A stretch of 64,000 bases of DNA, taken from assembly GCA_964236955.1 (NCBI GenBank), contig CAXSGP010000001.1, positions 53,911-117,910 on the forward strand, given 5' to 3'. The notes beneath the pieces are model-generated. The model saw nothing but the letters and a program-made list of their open reading frames with translations, was not told the DNA's origin and did no database searches. Positions within the stretch are counted from its first letter, which is position 1, and the number at the start of each line of letters is the position of its first letter. The stretch is from an uncultured Oligoflexus sp. Lineage in GTDB: Bacteria; Bdellovibrionota_B; Oligoflexia; Oligoflexales; Oligoflexaceae. Both the position numbers and the translations under genes were made by a program. Below, piece by piece: positions 21,016 through 31,900 of the stretch.

Positions 21016-22305
21016 ATGCCTCTTCCTATCAGCTCCCCATCCCTAACTTACCTTTCGATTTCTGCCCTTGTTGCGGTTTTCACGGTCACCCCACGAATCT
21101 ATGCATTGAGTCTTGACGAATACTATGGGAAGGCCCGCGAGCAGTCGGAACTGCTAAGAAGCACTGAAATTGATAGGGCGATCGCGATCAGCCAGCGGGA
21201 TCAGGTTCTGACGACCGAAAAGCCACGCATCACGTTCGGTGCCGACGCAAGCTATCATGTAAACAAGCCCGACAAAGAGAAGTGGGGCAATAATAAAGAC
21301 GCTGGCATTCGTACCGAATTCCGTCAGCCCTTGCTTGATGGAGGCGTGAGCCGAGCCTCGATACGGGCCGGTGAGGCCGCGATAGAAAGCAGCAAGTGGG
21401 ATTACAAGGCCGGCGAACAGGGACTTTACCTGCAGATCGCCAGTCTTTTCTATGGGCTGATCACTCAAAAGGAAGACATCATCAATCTTGAGCAATCGAT
21501 CAAGATCTATCGCCAGCGAGTCGGTGATCTCAGCAGGAGGGAGAGAATCGGCCGCTCCCGGGAAGCTGAAGTTCTTTCCGCCCGCACCCAGGTCGAGCTT
21601 ACGAATAGTATGATTGCCGCCACCCGCATAGCTATGGGTACCGAAGAGGAACAATTAGCCTCGTTGACCGGCATGGCTCCGCCTCTGAAGCTTGACGATT
21701 CGCTCAATCTTGGCGATCTCAAAGCAGAAGCTTTACCCGAGGCCAGGGCCCCGATTCCGTCCGTCGAAGCCGCCCAAGCCCGTATCGAGGTCGCGGCGGC
21801 GCAAATCGATTTGGTCCGTGCCGGATTAAATCCTCGATTTGATTTTATCGCCGCTCACAGCTGGCGCTACCTGGATCCAACCGACCAGGGCACCCATGAT
21901 CTGAGTCTGGGCCTTGGATTCACGTGGACCCTCTACGACGCGGGTTCCATTAATACCGAGGTGAATACTGCTAGTTTGCAAAGAAAAAGGGCCGAGCTTG
22001 CCAAGGTGCAGGCCGATCGCGAAGGCAAGCTCAATCTCAATCTTGCCAGGAGAAGGTTCGAGAATGGCCTTCAGCAGATCAAAACCTATCAAACTGCTCT
22101 TGATATAGTCGAAAGGACAATTGGTGCCCAGCAAAATGAGTTTGAGAGCGGATTGATCACCAATCTTGAGTTGCTTACGACGCTTGATCAGAGGCTGCAG
22201 ATAAGACGAAATCTCGATCAGGCTATATATCGAGCCAAGCTCGACTTTGTCCAGTCGCGGGTATACTCAGGCAATTGGCCGCAGGACAATCAATCAGGCT
22301 CATAA
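21016..22305 (+). CDS. TolC-family outer membrane efflux protein
   Basis: Signal peptide; two OEP-like repeats (QPLLDGG, WTLYDAG, FESGLITNLEL). Confidence 0.85.
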   Translation: MPLPISSPSLTYLSISALVAVFTVTPRIYALSLDEYYGKAREQSELLRSTEIDRAIAISQRDQVLTTEKPRITFGADASYHVNKPDKEKWGNNKDAGIRTEFRQPLLDGGVSRASIRAGEAAIESSKWDYKAGEQGLYLQIASLFYGLITQKEDIINLEQSIKIYRQRVGDLSRRERIGRSREAEVLSARTQVELTNSMIAATRIAMGTEEEQLASLTGMAPPLKLDDSLNLGDLKAEALPEARAPIPSVEAAQARIEVAAAQIDLVRAGLNPRFDFIAAHSWRYLDPTDQGTHDLSLGLGFTWTLYDAGSINTEVNTASLQRKRAELAKVQADREGKLNLNLARRRFENGLQQIKTYQTALDIVERTIGAQQNEFESGLITNLELLTTLDQRLQIRRNLDQAIYRAKLDFVQSRVYSGNWPQDNQSGS

Positions 22306-22341
22306 GGACCAGGGTCGGTCGCTTCTGAGAAGACATTTGGC

Positions 22342-22370
22342 AAAAAAAAATGCCTCATGAATTGAGGCAT
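22342..22370 (-). terminator. Intrinsic terminator of the small minus-strand gene
   Basis: ATGCCTCA-loop-TGAGGCAT then a long T-run on the minus strand. Confidence 0.8.
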
Positions 22371-22383
22371 TAGAAGTTCTGAT

Positions 22384-22512
22384 TTATTTGCCGTAAGACG
22401 TGCGGAAATAATCTTTATGGTTAACTGGCATCAAAACATTTGCCAAAAGTTTTTGCGACAGACTCTTTTCTTCCACTCTCAGCCCAAAAAGGCGCTTTAG
22501 CCTTTCCAACAT
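22384..22512 (-). CDS. Small 42-aa protein
   Basis: AGGGGG RBS, MLERLKRLFGLRVEEKSLSQKLLANVLMPVNHKDYFRTSYGK*, terminator 13 nt after the stop. Confidence 0.65.
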   Translation of the reverse strand: MLERLKRLFGLRVEEKSLSQKLLANVLMPVNHKDYFRTSYGK

Positions 22513-22898
22513 AATATCCCCCTATTGAATGAACTCAGTCTCCAAGGTAACTCAGCTATCAATTTCGAGGCAAAGCGTCCCTGTCCTTGACGCCTTGTCT
22601 GCGGCATTCCAGTCCATCATCTAGGTCGCCTTCTAGGAAAACGCCCAGCGATCACTCGAGCTGCCTAAAAATCGAAGTCACACAGACACTCAGGATATCT
22701 TAAGAAAAGTCGGCATGAAGCTCAATGAAGAAAATAATTACTTTTAAAATTATAAAGCTTTTTTCCAGGATTTTCGCCAAAAACAGTCTTAGGAAAAGAA
22801 AAATTGCCGAGCTGTACGCCTCAAGCCGCCCGGCGCTCATGGCCCCAGGCAGCTTGGAAGGGATAAACCTTAAAGACTAGAGAGTGACCCGGTAGGGA

Positions 22899-23675
22899 TC
22901 AATAGGCCCCTCGACCCGTGAGCATAACCACTATCGTTCGAAAGATAAGGCCGATGTCGAGCGTGATCGACCAGGTCTCCACATAATCCAAATCCATGCG
23001 CATCCACTGCTGAAAATTCGTGTCGCTGCGTCCTGACACTTGCCAGATACAGGTACAGCCCTGTTCCACGGCTAATCTTTGGTATTGCCAGGGTTCCCAT
23101 TGGGCGACTTCCGCAGGCAGAGCCGGCCTTGGGCCCACGAGACTCATATCGCCCCGAACCACGTTCCAGAGTTGTGGCAATTCATCCAGGGAGGACTTTC
23201 TCAGGAACTTTCCGATCCGAGTAACGCGTGGATCATTTTTCATTTTAAATGCCGGACCGTCCGCTTCATTCTGATGCATCAGGGTGACCTTAAGGGCATC
23301 GGCGTCAGGCCGCATCGTTCGAAACTTGTGGAAACGAAAGAGTCGTCCCTCTTTGCCGACCCTGGTTTGACTATAAAAGGCCGGGCCCTTGCTATCGAGC
23401 CTTATCAGAATTCCTAAGAGGAAGAGGAAGGGACTGAGCAGGACGAGCGCAGCGCTGGCTCCGAAGAGATCAATAAGCCTTTTCACAAAACGTTGAACCG
23501 TAGAGGAAGGACTACCACTGTCGATCAGACGCCTGACTTCGGTATTGAGGGGGACGGAATAATAGGCTAGTTCCCGAGTCAAATCTTCGGAAGTTTTTGG
23601 AAAAAGAAGACCATCGGAATAGGACTCATGCAAATCAGCAATATCAGTTTTGATCTTTAAGTCTGTGCGTTCCAC
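22899..23675 (-). CDS. Bacterial sugar transferase (priming phosphoglycosyltransferase)
   Basis: [47 protein letters not shown] start after GAGGAG. Confidence 0.92.
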   Translation of the reverse strand: MERTDLKIKTDIADLHESYSDGLLFPKTSEDLTRELAYYSVPLNTEVRRLIDSGSPSSTVQRFVKRLIDLFGASAALVLLSPFLFLLGILIRLDSKGPAFYSQTRVGKEGRLFRFHKFRTMRPDADALKVTLMHQNEADGPAFKMKNDPRVTRIGKFLRKSSLDELPQLWNVVRGDMSLVGPRPALPAEVAQWEPWQYQRLAVEQGCTCIWQVSGRSDTNFQQWMRMDLDYVETWSITLDIGLIFRTIVVMLTGRGAY

Positions 23676-23992
23676 TTGTAATCTCCTCGGCAGCAACAGC
23701 AATAGCGACAGCAGCAACACAGAGGAAGAGAGCAAGCTTTTAGCCAGACCCTAAGTGCCTGACAAAGCTAGCCTAGGTTTTGGGAACTGAAGTTAAAGAC
23801 CCAACATCTGTCAGAAACTTTGACAGTTTTGGGCTATCGGCCAGGAGAAAACTTGAGATATAACGGATTGATTGCCCAAGGGGCAGGAGGGAAACTTCGA
23901 GGGACTGGAATCGAAAAGTTTAAAGAGCGGGCGCACTGGGAATTTCTAGCCGGTCTTTCCCAAGGGAAGCCAGTCGCCTCCCTATCATTGAT

Positions 23993-25153
23993 TCACAATG
24001 GGTTTCGAATCAGGTAGTCTTTGATCTTCAGATCCCAAATCTTCATTTTATCAGCCAATTCCTGAAACGCACTGGCCCGATAGCGCGAGAGGATGGGATC
24101 TTCAGCATACGCATCATGGGCCGCCGCTTCTTTTACCTGAGCTACCAACACGAGCTTGTCCAACGGGAAATCGACGGAGAGCTTGGTGACCTTGGTGAGA
24201 AAGGCGTTTTTATAGCTGGCAATACCAAGGAGCCGCGTGAGCAGCGCATTGCGACCAGTCAGGTCCTTGACGGCAAACTCATCAGGTTTCTCCCAGATAC
24301 GATCAAGGTCCCAAGGCACGGTGACGAGTTTTTTGCGATTTTCATCGAAAGCCAGAAAATAATTATTGTCAAACCCATCCCAGTGATTGAGATAGACGGC
24401 AACTGCCATATAGGACAAAAAGCTATCGATATCAAGGATTGCATCGAGCCGGGCGGCAAAATAATCGTCGCGGGCCTCTAGCCAGAGAATTTTATAGATC
24501 ATCTCTAAAAACACATAGTTGTCTTTCCCTCTGCCTTCATAGCTAAAGGCTTCAGGGAGCTTCGAGGCAAATTTCTCATGAAAACTTGCATTCCCATAAC
24601 GGGCCTTATAAATCTCATTGACTTCAAACTTGTGGACTTTGAAAAACTCCTTATCGATCGTCTCCATGAAGAGATAGACGCCGAGATATTTATTGTTGAT
24701 GTAAGCGGCCGATTGTTCGGCCATTGGCACCTCGAGCCCAAGCGATTTAAAGACCTCATAGCCGATCAGAGACCGAAGCATGGTTTTGTCCATCGCCTGG
24801 GCACTCAATCTATAGTGAGAGCGTTTATGGTATTCTTTATCGCAGAAGTTCACGTCGTAGCTTTTCCGATAGGAATCAAGACTGGACCGTCCGGCATAGG
24901 AGGCGCTGCAATTCACCTCGAATTCCCCCGCAATACGCACCCCTACCTGGGCCGGGCGCTTCGACAGCAACTGCCCGTTGAGGAGCCCGTATTCTTCCGG
25001 GGTGATGTCAAGCGTTACCAGCCTCAGGCCATAACTTTGTTCCTCATTAAAATGTATGCCCTTACAGCCACTGGAAAGTGCGCCCAGATTAAGGACAAGG
25101 ACGGCGCAAATCCTAGAAAGAATAAAGGGCCTCAAGCCTGGCAGCAGATTCAT
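23993..25153 (-). CDS. CotH-family kinase, probable lipoprotein
   Basis: Lipobox-like LSSGC; RKSY, DKTMLR, YLGVY..ETID, NHWD..NNYF, VPWDLD. Confidence 0.85.
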   Translation of the reverse strand: MNLLPGLRPFILSRICAVLVLNLGALSSGCKGIHFNEEQSYGLRLVTLDITPEEYGLLNGQLLSKRPAQVGVRIAGEFEVNCSASYAGRSSLDSYRKSYDVNFCDKEYHKRSHYRLSAQAMDKTMLRSLIGYEVFKSLGLEVPMAEQSAAYINNKYLGVYLFMETIDKEFFKVHKFEVNEIYKARYGNASFHEKFASKLPEAFSYEGRGKDNYVFLEMIYKILWLEARDDYFAARLDAILDIDSFLSYMAVAVYLNHWDGFDNNYFLAFDENRKKLVTVPWDLDRIWEKPDEFAVKDLTGRNALLTRLLGIASYKNAFLTKVTKLSVDFPLDKLVLVAQVKEAAAHDAYAEDPILSRYRASAFQELADKMKIWDLKIKDYLIRNPL

Positions 25154-26132
25154 TATAGGTTCTCTTCTGGAGGTCAATCGGACTATTGGTACCCACCAAT
25201 TCCACATTGAAGGCAATGCGTAGAGTGTCGAGATCGTAGCGTATACCCAAAAATCCGCCGAGACTGTTGTACCTGAGCTCACGGTGGTCATGACTGACCC
25301 CGCTCAGGCCGACCAGGCCGCTCACGGTTTCGCCGCCATTCTGATAGAAATGGCGCCCGTATAATGTATTGATACCATTGAAATAAACCCTTTCGTCATC
25401 GTCAAAAACACTCTCATATTCCGTCTGGTTGGGGTCAAGGCCCACGACCCATTCCGCCTGCCACAATTTTTCGCTATCGCGATGCCAGATCGAATTCATC
25501 ATGGCCATCGCTAGCTGAGAGCCTTCCTGAATGCGATGGGTGCCGGCTTGAAACCAAAAGCCATAGCGAAAAGAGGGGTCGATATCGCTTTGGTAATTCC
25601 CTAGCAGCGATGCGTTTTGAGCCTCGGACAGACTCGCCGCCAGACTCCATTTATGATTGGGATCAGAATCGCCACCTTTCTCAAGAATCACCAAGGTTTC
25701 TCGACCTGTATAGTTAAAAAGATCCATACGGCGATAGATTAAGCTGCGTTCAATCGTCGGCCGCTCCAGGCGGCTTTCTTCATACTCAAGACCGAATCGT
25801 TTCTGATCGTATCCAAACTTGAGACGCAGGTCGTTATCAAATTTTTTATCGAGCAGCGCTTCGTTGACTTGGATATCGTCGGTTTTAGTCCGAAAATCAA
25901 GCTCGATATCCGCGCGCAGCCCGAGTTTTCGTTTGGTTTTGAACTCAAGTCGGGCTTCATGAAAGACTTCGCCGTTTTTAAAGTTTTCCGCTTCAAAAAT
26001 CGAACGCACATAACCATCGATCTTCAATTTTGAAGCCTTGCTGGATTTATCGCCGGCATCAGCGTCATCGCCTGATTCGGCCAACCCGAGGCCTGGCCAG
26101 ACCGATATTATCAACAGGAGAGAATACCGCAT
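25113..26132 (-). CDS. Outer-membrane porin, phosphate-selective OprO/OprP-like
   Basis: Signal peptide, amphipathic strands, C-terminal Phe, EARL and G..K.FGLE...S......ERS pattern. Confidence 0.65.
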   Translation of the reverse strand: MRYSLLLIISVWPGLGLAESGDDADAGDKSSKASKLKIDGYVRSIFEAENFKNGEVFHEARLEFKTKRKLGLRADIELDFRTKTDDIQVNEALLDKKFDNDLRLKFGYDQKRFGLEYEESRLERPTIERSLIYRRMDLFNYTGRETLVILEKGGDSDPNHKWSLAASLSEAQNASLLGNYQSDIDPSFRYGFWFQAGTHRIQEGSQLAMAMMNSIWHRDSEKLWQAEWVVGLDPNQTEYESVFDDDERVYFNGINTLYGRHFYQNGGETVSGLVGLSGVSHDHRELRYNSLGGFLGIRYDLDTLRIAFNVELVGTNSPIDLQKRTYNESAARLEALYSF

Positions 26133-26190
26133 CAACTCTTCTCATAGTGCGGCTCAGGACTTACGAGCCTTCGTTGTTCAGAGGGTGGCT

Positions 26191-27210
26191 TTATCTTAGA
26201 ACAGTTTGCGGACTCAGCCTATAGAAATTGTGCTGCTTTTTCGATGAAACATCGCTCCCCACAAGCCATTGCTTACCCACAACCACGAGGGCCTCGGGGC
26301 TGCGCACCTCACCCGGGAGGACATAGACGTCGCTGGCTTCAGCAGCCTTGCCGGGGCTAAGATTCGGAAATCTGTGGATAGTCAGACAAACTTCACTCAG
26401 CGCGAGCAGACTCCTATCTTCATCCAGTGCCAGATCACTGATATCGCACTTGCCATGTGCCGCAAGCATCCAGGTGCTCAAAGGCACCAGTTTCACTCGA
26501 AACTGCGCCTCATCGAGTTGAAATGCCTCCTCAGCACCGAGCACCGTTTCCGAGCTGAGACCCAAAGGCTGCTCCCCTTCGGGACCAAACTCAACCAATG
26601 CCACGGGAAAGGCCTCCTTGGCAATCAGCACATGCCCACGCTTTAAGAGTATCAACCCCTCCCCTAAAGCATTCTTTCGGATCTTTCGCGATCCAATGGC
26701 GACAGCCTCGGAGAAGGCATTAACAAAATTGAACTGCAGAACATGCTCGATCCTGTCGATGCCTCTATTCATTACGACTATGGTCTGGGAATGTTCCTGC
26801 AGAGCAAAAAACCGATGCTCGCCGTCAACAGCGAGCGCCTCCCAGTTTTTGGTGAGCTTTTTAATGCTACGGCTGCATTCGTCAAAATCCTCGTTCTGAC
26901 AAAGTGAAAAACGTTCGACGAGTATGTCCTTGAAGGAATAATCCTTGTCCGCGCCTTTGAGATAGATCTTGGATTTATCATCACCGATAAAGGCCAGCTC
27001 GGGTACCCCATTCTCTACGAAACTGGCAATGCCCGAGATTTCTTTGAGGGGAATGATCTCCTTGCTGATCAAGGTCAGCGGTTTGGCATCCCTTTGCAGA
27101 CCGGTTTTTTTATGCTGATAGGTGACGCTGACGAAGACGATCAGACTCAGCAGGACCGCGACCTGAGCCATCAGCTTTTTTCGAAATGACCTTCTATCCC
27201 AGTGAACCAT
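26191..27210 (-). CDS. Membrane-anchored beta-propeller (SdiA-regulated/YjiK or phytase-like)
   Basis: N-terminal TM helix; blade motifs EISGIA, WEALAVD, GEGL, ISDLALD, PEALVV. Confidence 0.65.
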   Translation of the reverse strand: MVHWDRRSFRKKLMAQVAVLLSLIVFVSVTYQHKKTGLQRDAKPLTLISKEIIPLKEISGIASFVENGVPELAFIGDDKSKIYLKGADKDYSFKDILVERFSLCQNEDFDECSRSIKKLTKNWEALAVDGEHRFFALQEHSQTIVVMNRGIDRIEHVLQFNFVNAFSEAVAIGSRKIRKNALGEGLILLKRGHVLIAKEAFPVALVEFGPEGEQPLGLSSETVLGAEEAFQLDEAQFRVKLVPLSTWMLAAHGKCDISDLALDEDRSLLALSEVCLTIHRFPNLSPGKAAEASDVYVLPGEVRSPEALVVVGKQWLVGSDVSSKKQHNFYRLSPQTVLR

Positions 27211-27221
27211 TGCTTTTCCTT

Positions 27222-27923
27222 TCAGGCGCCAAGTCTGTCGTTGGGATAAAAAATATTAAAACTTGCCTCGCGGTCGATTTGCGCCAAGGTCTCCGATATT
27301 GCATCATGTTTTTCCTTGCTCATCTTCGGGGCATTAAAGACGAAGGAGGTGATGCCATCATAGGTGCGCGAAGAGACAAACTCGGCATTGATGCCAAGCC
27401 TTGAGAAATGATTGCGCAGCTCCCCGATCGCTATTTCTTTTTTGCTGTTGAAGGTCACGATGGCAAAGCGATCTTTACCCCGGGTGCTCATCCCCCAGAG
27501 ATTACGAATCAAAGTGAAGCCGAAGAGCATGCTGATGAGAACCGCGGCAATGATAAAATTCATGGTTGAGCAGGACACGGCGACAGCCAGGGAAATCACG
27601 ATAAAACAAACATCTTCCGATCTTTTCACCGGCGTCCGATAGCGCACAAATGATAGCGAGCCCAATAGGCCAAGGGAGAGGATGACCGAGGATTGAATGA
27701 TCCAGAACGTGGCAGTCAGGGCCGGTGTCAGCAGGATAAGACTACGGGCCAAACCGCTGTCCTGAGGCTCATTGTCTCTAAAGTAGAGGGTATAGAGCAG
27801 ATAGAGAAGGATACCGAAGAGCATCGATACTCCCATGCAGAGGATAAAGCTCGGGATATCACCGTGAGCCATATTGCTGGCATCAAAACCATCACTGAGA
27901 TTCTCTAGCATTGTATCGATCAT
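27222..27923 (-). CDS. DUF4956 membrane protein
   Basis: SLGLLGSLSFVRYRTPVK signature, several TM helices, small soluble C-terminal domain. Confidence 0.85.
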   Translation of the reverse strand: MIDTMLENLSDGFDASNMAHGDIPSFILCMGVSMLFGILLYLLYTLYFRDNEPQDSGLARSLILLTPALTATFWIIQSSVILSLGLLGSLSFVRYRTPVKRSEDVCFIVISLAVAVSCSTMNFIIAAVLISMLFGFTLIRNLWGMSTRGKDRFAIVTFNSKKEIAIGELRNHFSRLGINAEFVSSRTYDGITSFVFNAPKMSKEKHDAISETLAQIDREASFNIFYPNDRLGA

Positions 27924-27945
27924 AATGTGTATCCTACCCGTGGCA

Positions 27946-28635
27946 TCAATAACCGGCGACATCGCCGGTTTTCAACAGATTGAGACCCATGAAAAACTTG
28001 GAAAAGGATACCTGCGGCAACTTGGTCAGGCCAAGCAGCGGCAGATAGGGCCTGGGATCGGCAGTTTTTATCTCTAGGACATGATCAGGCAAAAAACCTT
28101 GCGTGAAACGGGTTTCAAGTCCATTTCCAAAACTGGTGACCTCGACATGAGTGTCGAGTGTCAGGCGGTAATCGTTGATACGGTAGCGGCGCCGATCATA
28201 GCGCACCCGTAGCGAGGGAATGATAATGCCGTAACGATTGGCGAAGGCCATGATCGCCGTATACATACCGGTATTCGCTTGCTCGGGTATAAGATGATAC
28301 CAAAGCGGGGCGTCCTGCCCCATCACCTGCATCGGTTTGATATTATCTTTGAGCTTGCGAATGACCGTAAGGTCTTTATCCTTCATCTGCAGCTGATGAA
28401 AAGCCCCGTCGCCATAACCCCGAATCCGGAATTTGCGCTTCTTATTCTCACCATTGAGGCATTGATTGTAAAAGATTTCATCGGGCGTATCATAATAGAT
28501 GGAATCGACGATGCCCCTGGGATAAGGATCACTTCCTCCATGGAGGCTTTCCAAAACGTCGATTACAAAGCGCAGGCTTCGTTCGCTGACAAGAAACTTG
28601 AATTCGTTGTAGGGAAAACTGACGACATCAACCAA
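27946..28635 (-). CDS. VTC-domain (polyphosphate polymerase, TTM/CYTH fold) protein
   Basis: EFKF (ExK), SIYYDT, KFRIRGY, YDRRRY, RLTLD, VLEIK, FSKF; TTG start after GGAGGGAGG. Confidence 0.88.
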   Translation of the reverse strand: MVDVVSFPYNEFKFLVSERSLRFVIDVLESLHGGSDPYPRGIVDSIYYDTPDEIFYNQCLNGENKKRKFRIRGYGDGAFHQLQMKDKDLTVIRKLKDNIKPMQVMGQDAPLWYHLIPEQANTGMYTAIMAFANRYGIIIPSLRVRYDRRRYRINDYRLTLDTHVEVTSFGNGLETRFTQGFLPDHVLEIKTADPRPYLPLLGLTKLPQVSFSKFFMGLNLLKTGDVAGY

Positions 28636-28711
28636 AGCTTCCTCCCTCCGCTGACTCGCCGTCTCAATAGCTCCGAGCTAGTGTCAGTCCGAAAAAGGCG
28701 ATGGCTGCGTT

Positions 28712-28738
28712 TCATCGGCAGAAAAAAATGCTCATTTA
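28712..28738 (-). promoter_or_regulatory. Putative sigma28/FliA-type promoter of the VTC operon
   Basis: TAAAT-N14-GCCGATGA on the minus strand. Confidence 0.6.
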
Positions 28739-28980
28739 TGGGAATAAACTCCGCTTTTTTTCTGCCTCGCGCCTCACCATACCCATTTTCGGACAGACAC
28801 GAGCTAGCACCGGCTAAACCTTGACGTCGCGTCCATGAATCAGAGAATGAGGATAGCGAGACAGCCCGCCGAGATACAGCGGATTCCGCCTCTAGCGTAA
28901 GAATTTTACAAAGCGGGCTGGAGCTGCGGCTGACTCCCGGGGGAGGGCGAGCCGGCGGGAGAATGCCGAGAACCGATAAC

Positions 28981-31900
28981 TTAAGCTACAGTGACTCTGT
29001 TGCGACCCTCGCGTTTGGACTTATACATTGCCTCATCAGCCTTTTCAATGAGCGCCGCTTTATCGCGAAGGCCATCGGTAAGTGAGGACAGACCGAGGGA
29101 TATTGTCACGGTCAAAAGATTTTCGCCATGGGGAATCGCCAGGCTTTCCACGTTTTTCCGTATTCTCTCGGCTACGAGGAGCCCCATTTCGGAATTGGTT
29201 TCGGGGAGGATAACCGCCATCTCCTCACCCCCGTAACGGGACACCACATCTGATTTTCGACAGGTATCGCGAATCGATTGTGCAACTTTCTTGAGCACCA
29301 GGTCACCGATCTGATGGCCCCACTGATCATTGAATTTCTTGAAGTGATCGATATCAATGAGCAGGAGCGACAGATTGCGAAGCTGCCTTTGCGATTGCAG
29401 GAGCTCCTGCTCAAACATATTTTGAAAATAATCATGATTAAAAAGACCCGTGAGACCATCGGTTGCAGCTTTCACCGACAGTTCCAACCGACCCGCTGCG
29501 GCGAGACAGATAATCTCCAGAGTTTCGATGCGTTCCGATGTGAAGGTGCCACTGGCCCTGTTATTCTCAAGATAAAGAAGCCCGACGATTTGTGCCTCGG
29601 CACCAATGCCCACTGTGATGGGGATACAGAGTAAAGAAAGGATATGACCATCACGCACATAGGGCTCATTGTGGAGGCCAGGCAGGAGGTCCTGGGTTTC
29701 GCTGGCATTGTCTATCACCAGCCCCTTGCGCGAACGCTTCACAAAGTTTACAACCATGCGCGACACACTGTGGCTGTGATCGACGGCTGTCGATTGCAAC
29801 ACCCGAGGCTGATCGTGGTCGATCGAACTCTCGCCCTCTATGAAAAATTCGCCGTCCTTTCTTAGGATGAGGACCCCCTTCTGAGCGCCGGCAAATTCAA
29901 TAGCGCTGGAAATAATTTTTTCAAGCATGCGCGAATGCACATTTTCCTCAGCTATTGCCAGCAGCGCCCGCTTTAAAGTAGTGATGTCGATCGTCGATGA
30001 AGACATTGTGGCCAATGACCCCGTCAGGGAACGATCACCTGAACTGCTGGTCAGCATCTGCGGAAAGCGTTCTTCAAGTTGCCGCACTTTCGCATCCGCG
30101 CCCCAACGCCGGTAGTTATACCCTGCTCTTTTCATATAGGCGTTGGCTGCGGTGTGCCGCCCATGTCTTAAATGAAACTTGGCGGTGAGTTCGTTCGCCA
30201 CGGCTTCATCCTGCAGGTACTGCTCAGTCCGCGATCCGGCGATCGCCCGATCATAGAGGGTTTGTGCCTCATAGGGTTTGCCACGGATCCCCTGCCACTC
30301 GGCTTTGATCAGGTCATATTTATGCTGAAAGTTCATGGGCGCTGTTTTGATCCATTTTTCGTATTTTGCCAAAACCTTTTTTACCGTCGCTTTGATGCGG
30401 GAACGCTCTTCGGATTTGGCCCGGTCCCACAGCTGGATTTCAGCAAGGGCATAGTAATAGTAGAACACAGCACCGGACAGTGTGCCCATTGCCACTTTAA
30501 AATGGGGCTCGGCAAGCCGGGCAAATTTCACCGCTTCGTGAAACGCATCAAAATGGAAGGCAAGAATGAGTTTATAGAAATAGGTATTGAAGAGCCCGCC
30601 CCTATCATGGTTGCGCTCATAAATTGCCAGCATACGCTCTTCGTCGAAGGTATCCCCTCGCAAATTATAGGGCACCGGGCGCGGCTCGCTGAAGTTGATC
30701 ACCATCTGATGCAGGACTTTAATCTGATCTTCGTCTACTCTTTGGCCAAGCTGTTCGATCACTTGCGTAAACTTCATGAGTTCGGTGCTAAAGGCTTTGA
30801 GTTCAGAACCTGTGAAAAAACTTCGGTTGCAATAACCGGCCGCAGCATGGGCCGCAAACTCAAAGTCCCCACCGTCGAGACCAGCCTGGTGAGCTTGCAG
30901 AAGGGGAGCCATCGTCAGTCGAACATGATCTTTCCAGGGCCGAATGAACATATTGAAACAGACTAGGGTCGCCGCTTCAATCTCCTTGGCCTTCATCCTG
31001 TCAAAGAGCTTAATGCCAAGTTCGCCGAGCCGGTAGCCTTCCTTCACGTCGCCGACCATAGCGGCCATAATCATACCATAGGTCGTATAGGCCAGAGCCG
31101 ACGTGGAGCTGTTGCCATGCTTGAGAGTTTTTCTCACGAGTCGGCTCGTAATAAGGGGAATCTGTTTTGGAAAGAAAAAGAACAAGGCCTGAGCCATAGA
31201 ATAGAGAAAATGCATGCGGGCCAGTTCAATGGGGTCCTTCATCGCCGGAAGTTCAAGGAGTTGGTCCTGCGTGAAGCCTCGCAGCTTCCACTTGGTGAGG
31301 AGCAGGGAGGAGGCGACCCGCAGCATACTTGGATTCTGAGGAATTGAGATATCCAATTCCCTGAGTATGCGCTTGCCAATCGTGATCGCTTCCTGCATGT
31401 CGTTCCTGGAAATCGCGGCGTGGACAAGCGTCTCGTAGGCTGGAATCTTTTCGAGCAGCGTGCGCCCGTGAGACAATGCCTTATCCACATATACCTTCAT
31501 TGTGTCGTAAGCTCTATTGAGAAAGGCGACCTCGGCCGCTTCCCGATAGGTGCTGAGAACGAGATCGTAAGAGCTTTGCCAATCTTCAGCCTTCTCAAGT
31601 TGAAGGGCCGCCTGCAAATACTCAAGCGAGGTCTGATAGGCAGCTGAAGCCTTGGCCTTCCTTGCCGCATGAAGGTTCAACGCCATAAGTTCAAGGCGTT
31701 CTGCTTCCGTTTGAAGGTATGCCGTACTCGCATTCAGGTGATTGACGATAGCAAATACGTAGGCGTCAAGGCGGTCTTTTTTATGAAGTTTGATCAGTGT
31801 GCATCCGACGCGATGGCGAACGAGTATTCGTTCCTCGTCAGGAATCAGATCATAGGCAGCCTGCTGAATGCGATCATGTCCGAACTGGTATTCGACAGTA

